Origin: Selaginella moellendorffii
Taxonomy: Eukaryota; Plantae; Lycopodiophyta
DNA: 64,000 bases
NCBI RefSeq assembly: GCF_000143415.4
Contig: NW_003314288.1
Coordinates: 270,002 to 334,001 of the forward strand
Direction of reading: 5' to 3'
Part shown: piece after piece, positions 48,969-60,600 of the stretch
How positions within the stretch are numbered: the first letter of the stretch is position 1
How the letters are laid out: the number at the start of each line of letters is the position of its first letter
Translations under genes and position numbers: made by a program
The notes under the pieces: generated by a model
What the model was told of the DNA's origin: nothing
The model's input: only the letters and a program-made list of their open reading frames with translations
Database searches by the model: none

Positions 48969-51900
48969 TCAAAAGCCTCCAATTCTAGAAACTCCAGGTG
49001 ATTGTGATCTATAAAATAGAATGAAATATATATTGAAATTTTAATAAAACATAATTTACCTCCTTGAGGTTGAAGGCAACTCACGAAATCCTCTGAGCCG
49101 GCATTTGAAGAAATGATGTTCTTCAATAGCAAACACCGACCTACCAGAGTCACGTGCTGCCTCCACCATAGAACCACTACCTGCTGTGCAATCAATCACA
49201 ATACCATCTGGTGGGCAATAGAGCTCAAGCAAGACTTGCATTGCTGATGGAGTTCGGAATTGGTACCCTGGAAACGTGTTGCGGATCTGCTCATCCACAA
49301 GGTTGGGTATGATGTTAGTGGAACTGTCGTACCCAGGCAAAACACGTGCTGCACGTTCACTATCACGAAACCCATCATGTGTGTTTCTGCAGAAGGCATG
49401 ATAGGTCTACATCATAACCTGGAAAATAAAAATGTTTAGAAATTAGATAAAAATATAAAATACATACTTACCTTTTCAGGCTTCCCTTGGACGCCCCTCG
49501 TATCAACGCCAATAGGATCCATAATGCACCCGGAAGAGAATGACTTGAAATGAACTTCTGCTGCACATGTCATAAGCTCATACATCCAGTTGGGGTCGTT
49601 CGGTAGGATGAAGACGACATGGCCAGCTTCAAGCATAAGTGCTTCGGACAATAGGAATGCATCGCGCAAGTGGTCAGGTGTGAGAAAGTTCCAATCCTCA
49701 ACTTTCCCATCGATATCTGAAAGACCATCTGGAAAGTCGAAGAGAATGAAGTCCGCAACTGGGAGCACGGGCCTCTGTATCTTTCGGCACCAACGGTTGA
49801 ACTGGCGGCGTATATCCATGTTGATGTCATCTTCCGTGAAAGATGTCAATAATCTACTGTAAGAGCCAATGAAGATACCCACAATGACTCGTTGTGTTAT
49901 TGGGGACACAGGACGGACCTATAAAAGAGCCAAGTGAATGAAAAAAGTAATAAATAGTATGATACCGTCATATGGCGTGTTGTCGATGAGAGTTCCTCCA
50001 ACTCCTCTTCACAAGCATCTCGTCGAGCTGGAATGAAATTACTACCAACAGTCATTGCTGCAAAAAACATGTATTACCACCTTTAGTTTGTAAAATTCAC
50101 TTTTGCTTACCTCGAGGTTGACGTGATATTCGGTGAATCACTTGATCATTGTTATTTACTGGTAAAACCTGATCCAGATCTTGGTTGTTTGATGGTTGAA
50201 TTGGAGCCTGTTCCTGACTGTCTGGTGGTGGAACATGAACTTGATCTGGAGCTTCCTCATCCTCGTCTCCATCGTCACTTGCATTGCCATCGTTGTTAGC
50301 ATTGATAATTTCCTCGCGATCTAGTGTAGAGGTCTCCTTCCCTAGGAGCTCCAACTCCCAAGGGCATTCTATCTTCCGTGCCTTTGGAACTCTCGCAAAC
50401 ATTGTTGGATACATTCCTCCATCTCTTACACCCTTTGCAACAAGTCGAGTGCAAACTGGTGCCTCAAATGGCATGCCTCTATATCGAAGATACCTGTAAA
50501 CAATATATATTAAAAAACAGTCTTAGAAATCATATTATACCTATAAGCTGCACGTCGCATGAAATAAGGTTGACCATGTTGGCAATCATAAGTTGTTGTG
50601 CTTGTAGACTTCTCTGGCAGCCACCCCTCTTCGATCCCTTCCAATGACGTGTTGATGTAGGTGTCGAAAGACATGAATGTGCCATCTGGATCGTCACCAA
50701 TGTGTAGTGCCAAGAACTTCTCACCTTCACTTATAGTTTGCGTGATGTAGACAGCCCTTCTCATCATGTTCTCAAATAGTTCTGGCAGTCCTTTCTCTCT
50801 GTTCATCAAGCAGACATTGAGGAACTCCAGAGTCTCTATCTGTTGCTTATATGGAAGCTTCGATTTTGCGATATTGTAAATCATGTCATCTGGAGTTTTG
50901 TTCACTGCAAAAGTAACATATGCATAATTAAGAAAAATGAAGTGTGATAAAAAACTTACATTCATGAGAAGAAATTTCGGCTATAGTCTCTAGCCACTCC
51001 TTCGGCCTGCGATTGTCTGCAATGCATACTAGTTTCTTCAACTTTGAGGACTTTGCATGCTGAATTTTGTGCTCAATTTGTACAAACTCAGCTGAGAGCT
51101 CTTCCCGACTCTTCTCCGGATATGCAAGTTCGTAAGCATCCTGCTTGACCTTCACCAAAGGCTAAAAACAAAAATAATTAAAAGAGGCTTTTATAAAATA
51201 AAAGGGAAAGACATACCTTACACCACACAGCGAGCATAAAACTGATTGGGTTGTTGAACCAAGTTGTACCGTCATTTCGAGTGCGTGAGTGCCGAACAAG
51301 TGTTGCGAGATCATCACCATAATGTTGGCGGATGTCATCCTCACTCAAGTCTGCCAAAAATCGAAGTTGCTCGATGTCATGGACAAGATTTTGTTTTTGA
51401 ACAGCGAATTGCCCAAGCCTACATTTAAACACAACAAAACAAGTTAAAGTGGAGTTAGAGGTAAAATTATAAAACTTACACATTGATCTTTTGGCAGGCC
51501 AAGATAAGTCTGTTGACATCCAAAGGTCCCCTCGCGTAGACATGGCCGACTGGAACGTTGATATGGTAGACAGGATCATCGCGAAAATGATCGTCGATAC
51601 ACTTCATCCAAGCTCCATATCGGTGGTTACCGTCAATAATTTGGAACATTGTCCCCGCAAGCTGTCGAGTCTCAGGATGTCTGATAAGCATGTCATCAAA
51701 TTCTAGGGACTTCCTCCTCCAAATAGGATCCCAGCTATTCACAATCTCGGGTGTGATAGTAATGATCTCCGTTGTTCCTGGCTTGCAAAAAGAGACTAGA
51801 AACATACCGATATTTGTTGCAAGGCCATTCTGTTTGAACAAGCTGTATATATCCGGGTTGACATACTTGGATGCTGTGCGGACAAGGTTCGTCTGCTGCA

Positions 51901-52477
51901 AACGGCAAAGGGGGATTTCTCTAATCAAGTCACAAGGGCCTGGCCACTTGAGCACCTCAAGTGTTTGGTGAACTGCTTTTTCCCTTGTCCGCATAACAGT
52001 CTCTTGGAAGCGCTTGTCCACCACGTTGTCAGGAAGGTCTGCAACTCTTTCAGCTCCAGGCTGTTCCTCAGGTTCCCTATCGTGAACACCACTAGATTGC
52101 CCAACTTCAGGGATTTGCGTTGGTGGTGGTGGCGGTGGTGGCGGGGGCAGAGGCAATAGTGGCAGTGGTGGTGGCAATGGTGGTGGTGGCGGTGGCGGCG
52201 GGGGCAGAGGCAATAGTGGTAGTGGTGGTGGCAATGGTGGTGGTGGCGGTGGCGATGGAGGTGGTGGAGGTGGTGATGGAGGTGGTGGAGGTGGCGATGG
52301 CGGTGGTGGAGGTGGTGATGGTGGAGGTGATGGTGGTGGAGGTGGTGAATCTCTATCTAAATGTGTCTCTGTTGTGCCAATGGACATGTCGATTGTGATG
52401 TCGTCGTCAGTACCAAATTGAACTTCTCGTGTCTTCTTGGCTCCAACAACCTTTTTCTGTGTTACAATTTTCCTTTT
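48969..52477 (-). CDS. Spliced gene: poly-Pro, ParB/Srx-like domain, beta-class amino DNA methyltransferase-like domain (first exon not found; one in-frame TAG)
   Basis: Nine frame-consistent GT-AG exons: 52477-51480, 51418-51217, 51161-50960, 50904-50541, 50493-50111, 50057-49966, 49918-49472, 49418-49060, 49008-48969. Motifs FQIIDGNHRY, ADFILFDFPDG, LLELYCPPDGIVIDCTAGSGSMVEAARDSGRSVFAIE. TAG at 49407-49409. Confidence 0.8.
52120..52348 (-). repeat. Poly-proline-coding trinucleotide-type repeat with an internal duplication
   Basis: (GGT/GGC/GGA)n runs; PPPLPLLPLPPP occurs twice. Confidence 0.9.
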
Positions 52478-52573
52478 CTGCAAGAGAAAAAGTTTTGTTA
52501 GTCAAACTAAATAAAGATAATGAGAAATTCAAACAGTCAAAGAGAAAAAAAAAATCAAGTGGGCCTAGACTCC

Positions 52574-52782
52574 ACCTCGGGCACTTTGGTTGCCCAGGGG
52601 GCCGAGGTTATTTGAATAACCTCGGGCCCTCCGAGCCCTAAAGTGCCCGAGGTGGCCCCCCGGAGCTCGACCTCGGGCACTTTTGCTCGCCGAGGGGCCG
52701 AGGTTATTTGAATAACCTCGGCCCCTCGGCAAGCAAAACTGCCCGAGGTGGCCCGCCCGAGCTCGACCTCGGGCAGTTTTCT
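52574..52782. repeat. Tandem ~96-bp palindromic (hairpin) units
   Basis: ACCTCGGGCA...CCGAGGTTATT-TG-AATAACCTCGG...TGCCCGAGGT twice, plus the start of a third. Confidence 0.85.
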
Positions 52783-52799
52783 CGCAATCAAGAAAAAAA

Positions 52800-52932
52800 N
52801 NNNNNNNNNNNNNNNNNNNNNNNNNNNNNNNNNNNNNNNNNNNNNNNNNNNNNNNNNNNNNNNNNNNNNNNNNNNNNNNNNNNNNNNNNNNNNNNNNNNN
52901 NNNNNNNNNNNNNNNNNNNNNNNNNNNNNNNN
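52800..52932. other. Assembly gap
   Basis: Run of N. Confidence 1.
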
Positions 52933-52934
52933 CC

Positions 52935-53195
52935 TGCTTGCGCGCTCAATCTCTCCTGCTCGCGCGCTCAATCTCTCCCGCTCGCGCGCTCAATCTCTCG
53001 ATCTCTTGCACGCTCAATCTCTCGATCTCTTGCACGCTCAATCGCTCGATCTCCTTCGCGCTCAATCCCTCGATCTCCTTCGCGCTCAATCTCTCGATCT
53101 CTCACGCGCTCCACTCACGATGCAAACAGTAACCTAATCTTGGTGGCTACCCTAACTCTAATCCTGACGGCTGCCCTAACCCTAACCAATCTCTA
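52935..53195. repeat. ~20-24 bp minisatellite (CGCTCAATCTCTCGATCTC..) followed by telo-box-like AACCCTAA motifs
   Basis: About eight CGCTCAATC units; CCCTAACCCTAACC near 53175. Confidence 0.8.
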
Positions 53196-54009
53196 ATCCT
53201 GGCCGTTCATTCCGAATAACCTAAATCTCAACCATCACAATATCTTTGATCTTATTTTATCTTATCATTATTATTATATGTAAATTATGCTTCTTTATTT
53301 TGTATATTTTAATGATGGTATAACTAGCACCTATCAACATTTCTGTTATTAGAGATATGATATTATATTTTACAAATTATCTAGAAAGGATGCATTCTCA
53401 TCACTATTTTGTACATATTTTGGAATCGTTACAAGAACTTCAAAGAGTATAAATAAGGCACGTTAAAATATGTTGTACTATATCCATCTATGAATGGATG
53501 AATCCTCATCCAGAAATTTATTTTGTACTGTATTAGATCCTAGACAATAGGCACGTGCTTTAAATGTCATTGAGCAGTGTTCACAATTATGGATAAAACT
53601 TGAGTTGTACTACGAATCAAATCTGTTATTGAAGAATAAGATTTGACAAGATTTATTATCATCTACCACTCAAAATTTGACAACTTGACATATCACATGT
53701 GCTGATAGTTAGATTGGATTTCTTGGTTTGACACGTTATAGCTGAATGTCATTACTGGTATCATTATTAACTATCAAACTTCACGTGCTGAAAATCTTTC
53801 CTTGGATCTATGTGTATACATGCATCAGACATCATAATAGATGACAGTAATATTAATACTGTCACACTTACACATGTTAAATTTGCTATAGAATTTAAAT
53901 TTATTTTGTACGTTGTCTTCTTATTACTCTATTTAAATTTCAATTATGTTTCACTATAGATTTTTACAAGTAGCATAAAAAGAGAGAACTCCAAAACCTA
54001 TTGAGAAGG

Positions 54010-57000
54010 ATGGAGAGGTTTCTTCTTCATTTTCGAGATCACCCACCTCTTTCATTCTCTCAGAGTATTGTTTCTGAAAGTTTTTTATGTCGGCGTTTTG
54101 ATCTTCGTCTTGGCTCTATTTCTTTAGAGGCTGTGATCCGCAACGACACCGGTATAGTTGCATACTCGGAGTTTCTTCTTTCTGGTGTGGGCGAGGGTGG
54201 ACAACAATGGGATTTACAAAATTCCAAGTCAAAGGAGATTCGAGTGTTTGGATCTCCAGTCAAAATGCCAAAATGCGCTCCAGCGAAAGTGAATGTGAAG
54301 CAAGAGTCAATTGTTATCCTCTTGTCCTCTTCTAGTTCAAGTGAAGATGTCATGCTAGTGTCGGCGCCAAATTCACCAGCTCCAGCTCCAACTTCAGCAA
54401 TATTCAAAGCCGTTAGCAATGCTTTCCAGTTTTCACAACTCTCAATCGACATGCACTTGTTTTTGTATAGGCTTGTGAGTGAGCTTCCATCCTCCTACAA
54501 CGGCAACATTTTCTTCGAGCTACCACCTCTTGTCAGCAGCACAGGTTCCAAACGGAAGGGGATGGAAACCAAGCAGGATGTCCACAATTGGTGCAAGATC
54601 AAGACCACACACTTTCAACATTTTGAAGGCACAGTGTCTATAGTTCATTGTGGCGGGCATTTAGATTGTGTGGATGAAGCATGCAATCGAGACCGCTCTA
54701 GAAACTCTATATTTTTCAAAAACTCTATGTTTGGATTCAAATGTCGATTCTGCAAAAATGCTCCTCTATGTCGTGCTATCTGCGATGCCAAGATGTACTA
54801 CTTTCTTCCATGGGATGGAGTGGCTGGAAGAGCTGCAGTGCATGTTGGCACACATATGCATCCAATGCAGGAAGGGATACAAAGGAGTTCTCTCAACCGT
54901 TTCAAAGATGCTGTACAGGAAGAGACTATGAGAAACTCATCTGCAACTCCGAAGCATGTTCAGAAGACCGTTCTCAAGGATTTTATCGCAAATACCTTAC
55001 TCAATCCAGGTTGCCAAAAGACTCAACTAAACGAGGATAGCTTGCGGGACTTACTACGAGGAGTACAACTTGCTACTAGCCTAAGGAGGTACATCCATTA
55101 TTTTTCATACGTTATAATAATAATTTTTTCTTACATTATATTGTTTAGGATAAAATCTTGGATGTGTGAATCTCGAGAGGGGAAGTTGCAATCAAAAATT
55201 GACTCCATCCTTGAATTGAAACGGACTTGTCCATATGAGTTCATCCACAGAAGTTTGTTTCCAGACCAAGTTGTGAATGAGCAAGAGCGCCCCTTCGTCT
55301 TCAAAATGTCTACCATGGGCCCTGCCTCTGGCGTAGATCTTGTCTCCCGAATGGACATGTTTGGGTCCAGTGACCTTGTAAATGCATGGGTACATTTTGA
55401 CCATATGGAGCGTGTATCCGGTTGGACAACCATGGGAGCTCATGTATATGATCCAAGGTAATTTTTATTCTCATTATATTGAAATTGTTATAATATTTAT
55501 GTTTTTATAGGCTACGTTGTAATTTAACAATTGCGACAGCAGAGTTTAAAGTACAAGACCAGACAGCACAGGAAATATTTTGGAAGTCCCTCTCTGATAT
55601 TGTCCTAAAGCGGACTGGTAAGCCTGCAAACTTTCGTGGTTTCATGGCAGATGGGGCTGGTGCAAACTGGAATGGTATCCGAGCAGTTTTTGGGAATGGT
55701 CAACCATTGGAAGGTCGTGAGAGGACTTGTGAGTTCCATTGGGCTCAAAGCCTAAACCAGCACTGCCACCTTATCAAGCCAGAGTTTCAATCAATATTTA
55801 AGGAGTTGTGCAAACAATGGCAGGTTGCACCTTCTGAAGAAGAGCATGAGGCAAAAGCAAATGAGATCCGAATGTGGTGGCGTGAAGATGGCCATACAGA
55901 CGTAAGTTGCCTACCACAACTTGAGTCATGGTTAGGATGGTGGGAAGTTAGGATGTTCCAATGGGGACATCACTCTTTTCAGGTTGGTTTATATTTTTTC
56001 TTCTCCTTTTATTACCTTTTAATATTGCCTTTTCCATTAGGATCAACCACTTGAGGACCTCGCATACACCCCAACTGTGAATCTCTCCGAAAGTAAGCAT
56101 TGGAGTTGGCGTTCCTCTGAGGCAGGGAAAGGGAAGATGAGTCTATACGAAGCCTGTCTATCAGATTTGATACGTGCTATAGAGCAATCTTCAAAAGCAC
56201 TGGCATTCGAGGAAGGAAGATATATGGGAACAGAGCCTTCTGTTGAGATGTTACATGATAGGATGAAGAGAAAATTAACTCCACCCGCCCGAACAGTGGC
56301 AACTGCAGTTGAGGAAGTGGTCCGTGGCACATCTATGGAGTACACTCCCCGAGCTTCTATTGGTGATATGAAGACTATTCACTCAAAGCGTCGTTTTTCC
56401 TTTGCTGGGGAAGATGTTGGTACGGACCTTGGAGCAAAAAGCTCCCACAGGCCTGATGTTGAGTACCATTCTGCTCCAAGACACCGCTCTCGGACTGAGC
56501 CACCTCAAGTGGCTGATGAAGAGAGTGCATCGCAACAGGTTGAAATTGCTTACCGTAGTGTGGAGCCGAAGCAATGGGCAATCCGACGTGTGCCAGCAAA
56601 ATCAAATGTAAGGTGTGTGGGGATGCTTCCGAGGGGCAAGTGTTGGGCCTGGATTCGTGGTGAAAAATCTGCTTCTGTTCCAGCCCCATGTTTCTATGGG
56701 GAACGAAAGCAAGCAGGATTTTCAAGATGGTGCTGGCTATATTGTTGCAACACCGACGCCAACCATACGAAGCGACTTGAAGACACTATAGTGACTAAAC
56801 TTGATGCAGTACCTAAAGAATGGCCGGTTGTTAATGGGGTCGCGCTCACCTCGGATGAGATTGAAAACCTTGAGAAATCTGGTTTTAATCTTGAGAGGAG
56901 AGTTGGAGACATGAGTGACAGGAGCAGGACTATTCCTACAGAGATGCACAGGAGGCCAGCACGAAAAGGTAAAGCAGTTAAATTTATTGGTACCGTCTCC

Positions 57001-57318
57001 AAGCAGAAGCAAGGTAAAATAAACTTGGCTCAAACACTTGAGTGTGAGATTCTCTCCACGAAGTACATCACTGCGCTTGCAAAGGAGTACATAGTCAAAA
57101 CAGAAGGTGGAGAGTACACAATTGCCATTCACGACTTTCCTTCTTGCACATGTCCAGACTTTATGAAGCACGAGGAACATGGGAAGGCATATGCTCCTTG
57201 CAAGCATATGTACTACATCTTCATCAACATCTTGCACCAGGATCCTAAAGTGGATATTCATATACACCAAGCAAGCCTTACTATTGCTGAGTTGCAAAAA
57301 ACTTTTGGAACTAATTAG
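54010..57318 (+). CDS. Mutator-superfamily transposase: GCM-like Zn domain, DDE core, C-terminal SWIM finger
   Basis: CGGHLDC...CRFC...C...H.GTHMHP; VHFDH; FMADGAGANWNGIRAVF...CEFHW; NLSES; SCTCPDF...PCKH. Short GT-AG introns at ~55089-55148, 55458-55510 and 55983-56040 keep the frame and I found no stops. Start may be ATG 54010 or 54265. Confidence 0.85.
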
Positions 57319-57409
57319 ATTTCTCCAACACTATCGATGTTTATTCTCTATCAATAAAACTTATTATACTTTATATAATTAATACAAATGTGCTTTTTCA
57401 TTTCACTTT

Positions 57410-57862
57410 TCATTTTATATGCTTCCGAGTGTTCTTCTCGCAATACTGCCCATAGTACTCGTGTGTCTCCATTTCTGTCTTTACCATCTCAAAAAAGATT
57501 TCATGGTAGTCTTTCGGGTGCATGATGTTGCAGTGTGTCGCAAGAGCATATATACCATCATACTGATCGTTGCCATTGTTTCCACCAGACGCTAGAAAAC
57601 ATATGGGGCACTTCTTGAAAGTGGCAGAATTGCATTTTTCTAAAACAAGTAAGAGGGCATTCTTTTTCACCCAATTTGTTGCACCCTCTGTCATTGCATT
57701 TATCTCCAACTCATGATCACTATCCTCACTATCCTCTCTTTCATTCTCTTGTGTGATTTGGTTATGCTGTGCAATGGGATAGTTATTGCATCTCCTAGCC
57801 TTTGAGCCCTGGGAAGAAAGATTGTGAGAGTTAAAATTACCAACACTAAAACCTATAGACAT
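57410..57862 (-). CDS. MULE accessory ORF 2: acidic linker plus CxxC...HC...H zinc finger (zf-XS-like)
   Basis: KKCPICF...DQYDGIYALATHCNIMHPKDYHEIF...KTEMETHEYY; similar to ORF 47992-48543. Confidence 0.65.
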   Translation of the reverse strand: MSIGFSVGNFNSHNLSSQGSKARRCNNYPIAQHNQITQENEREDSEDSDHELEINAMTEGATNWVKKNALLLVLEKCNSATFKKCPICFLASGGNNGNDQYDGIYALATHCNIMHPKDYHEIFFEMVKTEMETHEYYGQYCEKNTRKHIK

Positions 57863-58344
57863 TTGTGGGTGTATTTCCCTTTTTTCGAATGAGAGTGTGA
57901 ATGAAGATCTATAAATTCTAGACAGTATGCTACGACAAACCCCTCAAGAATGTATTCTACAAAGAACCAAGTCTTTCTTTTATATGCAATAAGCTTACAT
58001 CAACGGTTATTTTTTTTCCTTTCAAACGGTTATATGGCTTCATATAGAATCTTATTTCAAATTTAATAATTTTTTAATTCTGACAAACCTAACATTTACT
58101 AGCCAAAAAGCATAAAGTACAAATTTAAAGAAGTGACAAGAATACTCTTTTTTCAAACATTTTATTTTATGTTCTAACAAATGTCCCTATCATTGCATGT
58201 AGTAAATATTTAAATTATTAGAACAAAATGTGTTCTTTAGAACATTTTTATCTATATAATATATAGAGAGTTATTAAATTATTAGGTTCGCTATAACCTT
58301 AAAATTTTAAAATTTATAATGTTTGTACTAAATTACAATTGAAA

Positions 58345-58404
58345 ATTGAGCTCAACTCGTGAGCTCAACTCTTCAACTCGTGAGCTCAAGTATGGTCCAC
58401 ACCC
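58345..58404 (-). repeat. Right TIR
   Basis: Reverse complement GGGTGTGGACCATACTTGAGCTCACGAGTTGAAGAGTTGAGCTCACGAGTTGAGCTCAATT. Confidence 0.85.
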
Positions 58405-60600
58405 CTTTGTTGGTACCACTTATGATTGAAGTTCAATCCGATGTGTGTAGAGTTCAGGTGGAATTCCTTGTAAGTCGGTCTAGATGTGAAGTTTTTTTTA
58501 TTCTTCAGGTGTTCCAAGGTTAATATCTTGAGCTGGTTCTTCAAGGTTGAGTATTGGTGTAAGTCGTGATCCTTCTTGTCTTAGACCTAGTTGTTCTTCG
58601 AGTGGAATTTTTTGATGCGTTGGTTTAAACTATTCAAGTTTGATGCTTGAATGTTCTCATTGTTCTTTCATGTGTGCTAGTGTTGTCTTTTCTTTCAAAT
58701 CTTGGTGTTGAAAATCTTTATTTTGAAGTTGAGGATCTTGATTGCTTGTTTTCTTCAGGATAATTTGGTTGAGATCAATTTAGATTAGTATTTTTAATTC
58801 GGGGTATGCCTTGAGAATTTGAGCTTTTCATAGCTGTCGAGTCCTTCATTCTAGTCATATTGTTTGATTGTGGTTAGTTAAAATTTCTTTGCAATCTTCT
58901 TTACAATATTGGTAAATAGTTGTGGAGCATCTTTATATCCTCCAAGGGTGATGGTATTGTTCCTCTAGTATGTGATAATGTCTATTGTCTTGAGCTAAGT
59001 TCATTTGAGGAGTACTTTGTAGCAGCTTTTGTCTTTCGCCATCTTGAGTATGATAAAAGTTACCTTAACTTTTTTATCTTTAATCTTGATAGGAATGTTG
59101 TGCACAATTCCTAATGGTTGTACACTTCGATTGTCGTCCATCTTGACATTGAAGGGTGTAAAGTGGATTGGTTCAAGTCCCATTGCTTTGTAGATTGAAT
59201 ACTCAATAATGTTGATATTTGCTCTACCGTTTATGATTATTTATATAACTTTGTTCTTTCCTATCGTGATTGGGATGCATGGTACATCTTCATCATAGTC
59301 GCTAGATTGGATATTTGCCTTATGGGATGAGTTGTTGGTTTTTTTCTTGACTTGAGTTGAAGGTTTTTGGTGGAGAAGCTTGACATATCTTGAGAAGTTG
59401 TTTTCTCAAGTATGAAGCCACCTATGAAAGTTCTAGAAGGGTGAGTGTGATACCTTGTTGAAGAATGTTGGTGATGGGCTTTGGTTGTTCCTCTTTTCTT
59501 GATAGAGTTTTAGTCACAATTTCCTGATCATCTTCAACTTCAGGTTGTTGTTGTTGAAGGGTTTGTTAAATTGTGTTGATTAGTTTCTTGCTTTGTTGCC
59601 ATTCATGCCTTGAGATTCTTGCATTTTGTCTTAGAGTTCTTGTTCTTTGACTTTTCCTCAAGGTCATCTTTAGAAGTGTAGTGTTTTTTTTTACTTCGAG
59701 TTAGAGCACTTACTTCAAGTTCATCTTTAAAGTGTTCATCTTCGATTTAGTCGATGTTGATATTTCTTGTTGTTAGACGAGGTCTTCAATGTTGCTGATC
59801 TTGCTAAAGAGGTCGATTACCTTGATTTTGTTGTTGTTGGTATTGGGGTTAGATTTCTTGAGTTTGAGGTTGCTATTAATAGTTGTTGCGAGGAAATACT
59901 CTAGATGGTGGATCATATTGTTGATTTTGCTGTTAATAGTTTAGTTATTGCAGAGGTGGTCTTTATTGTCGATTATTGTGGTATTGTTGTTGATAGTTGT
60001 TTTGCCGGGGTGGTGGTCTCCATTATTGGTTGGTTGTCTCTTTAAGGCTATTGATAAGCTTGTTGGTATGGTCACTGATACTGATTGTCTTGGTTGCCAT
60101 TGTTGTATTATTGATGGTATCTAGGGTTAGGGTTATATGTACCTTGATTATGGTAGTTTAGTTACCACTGCTGTGGTTCTTGTTTGAGTTGATTGTAATG
60201 TCTTTTAGTTGGTGTAAGAGTTCAAGGTATGTTCTTGACTTGTGTGATTTTAGTTGCTCTTTTGTATCGACAGATCTTTGCTATATATCCTTCTTTTTCT
60301 AGATCTAACACTTAAGAATCAGTAGTTTACACTCTGTTAGGATGTGTCCTTTGTTTTTACATTTTGTACAACATACTCTTTCTTTAAGTTCGTTTTTTAT
60401 TGTAACTTTCTTGAGTATTTTGGTAAGTTCTTGATTCTTGTCTTTCTTCATGACTTCAAGTTTGTATTTTTTTTATCATCATATGAGTCATTTGTTCTTC
60501 TTGTTTCTACTCTTAAAAATTTTTAGAGCTATTTTTCAAGGTTCTTGATTTTCTTGGAAATATTGTCAATAGAGGTCTTGACATCTAGATCTTTTAAGCT
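58405..60600 (-). mobile_element. Gypsy remnant, 5' part (gag knuckles, protease, start of RT), continuous with 44470-46794
   Basis: CTKCKNKGH, IINGRANINI protease remnant, VKMDDNRSVQPLGIV, GIPPELYTHRIEL; collinear with 17900-20100. Confidence 0.85.

Larger units (their letters stand above)
46795..58404. mobile_element. 11.6-kb Mutator-like element (MULE) with TIRs, 9-bp TSD and four genes
   Basis: CTTTGTTGG duplicated at 46786-46794 and 58405-58413; imperfect G-initiated TIRs; removing the element restores the Gypsy frame (THRIELQS*VVPTK/*SAYRMNLNIQTKV); encodes a DDE+SWIM transposase. Confidence 0.9.
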
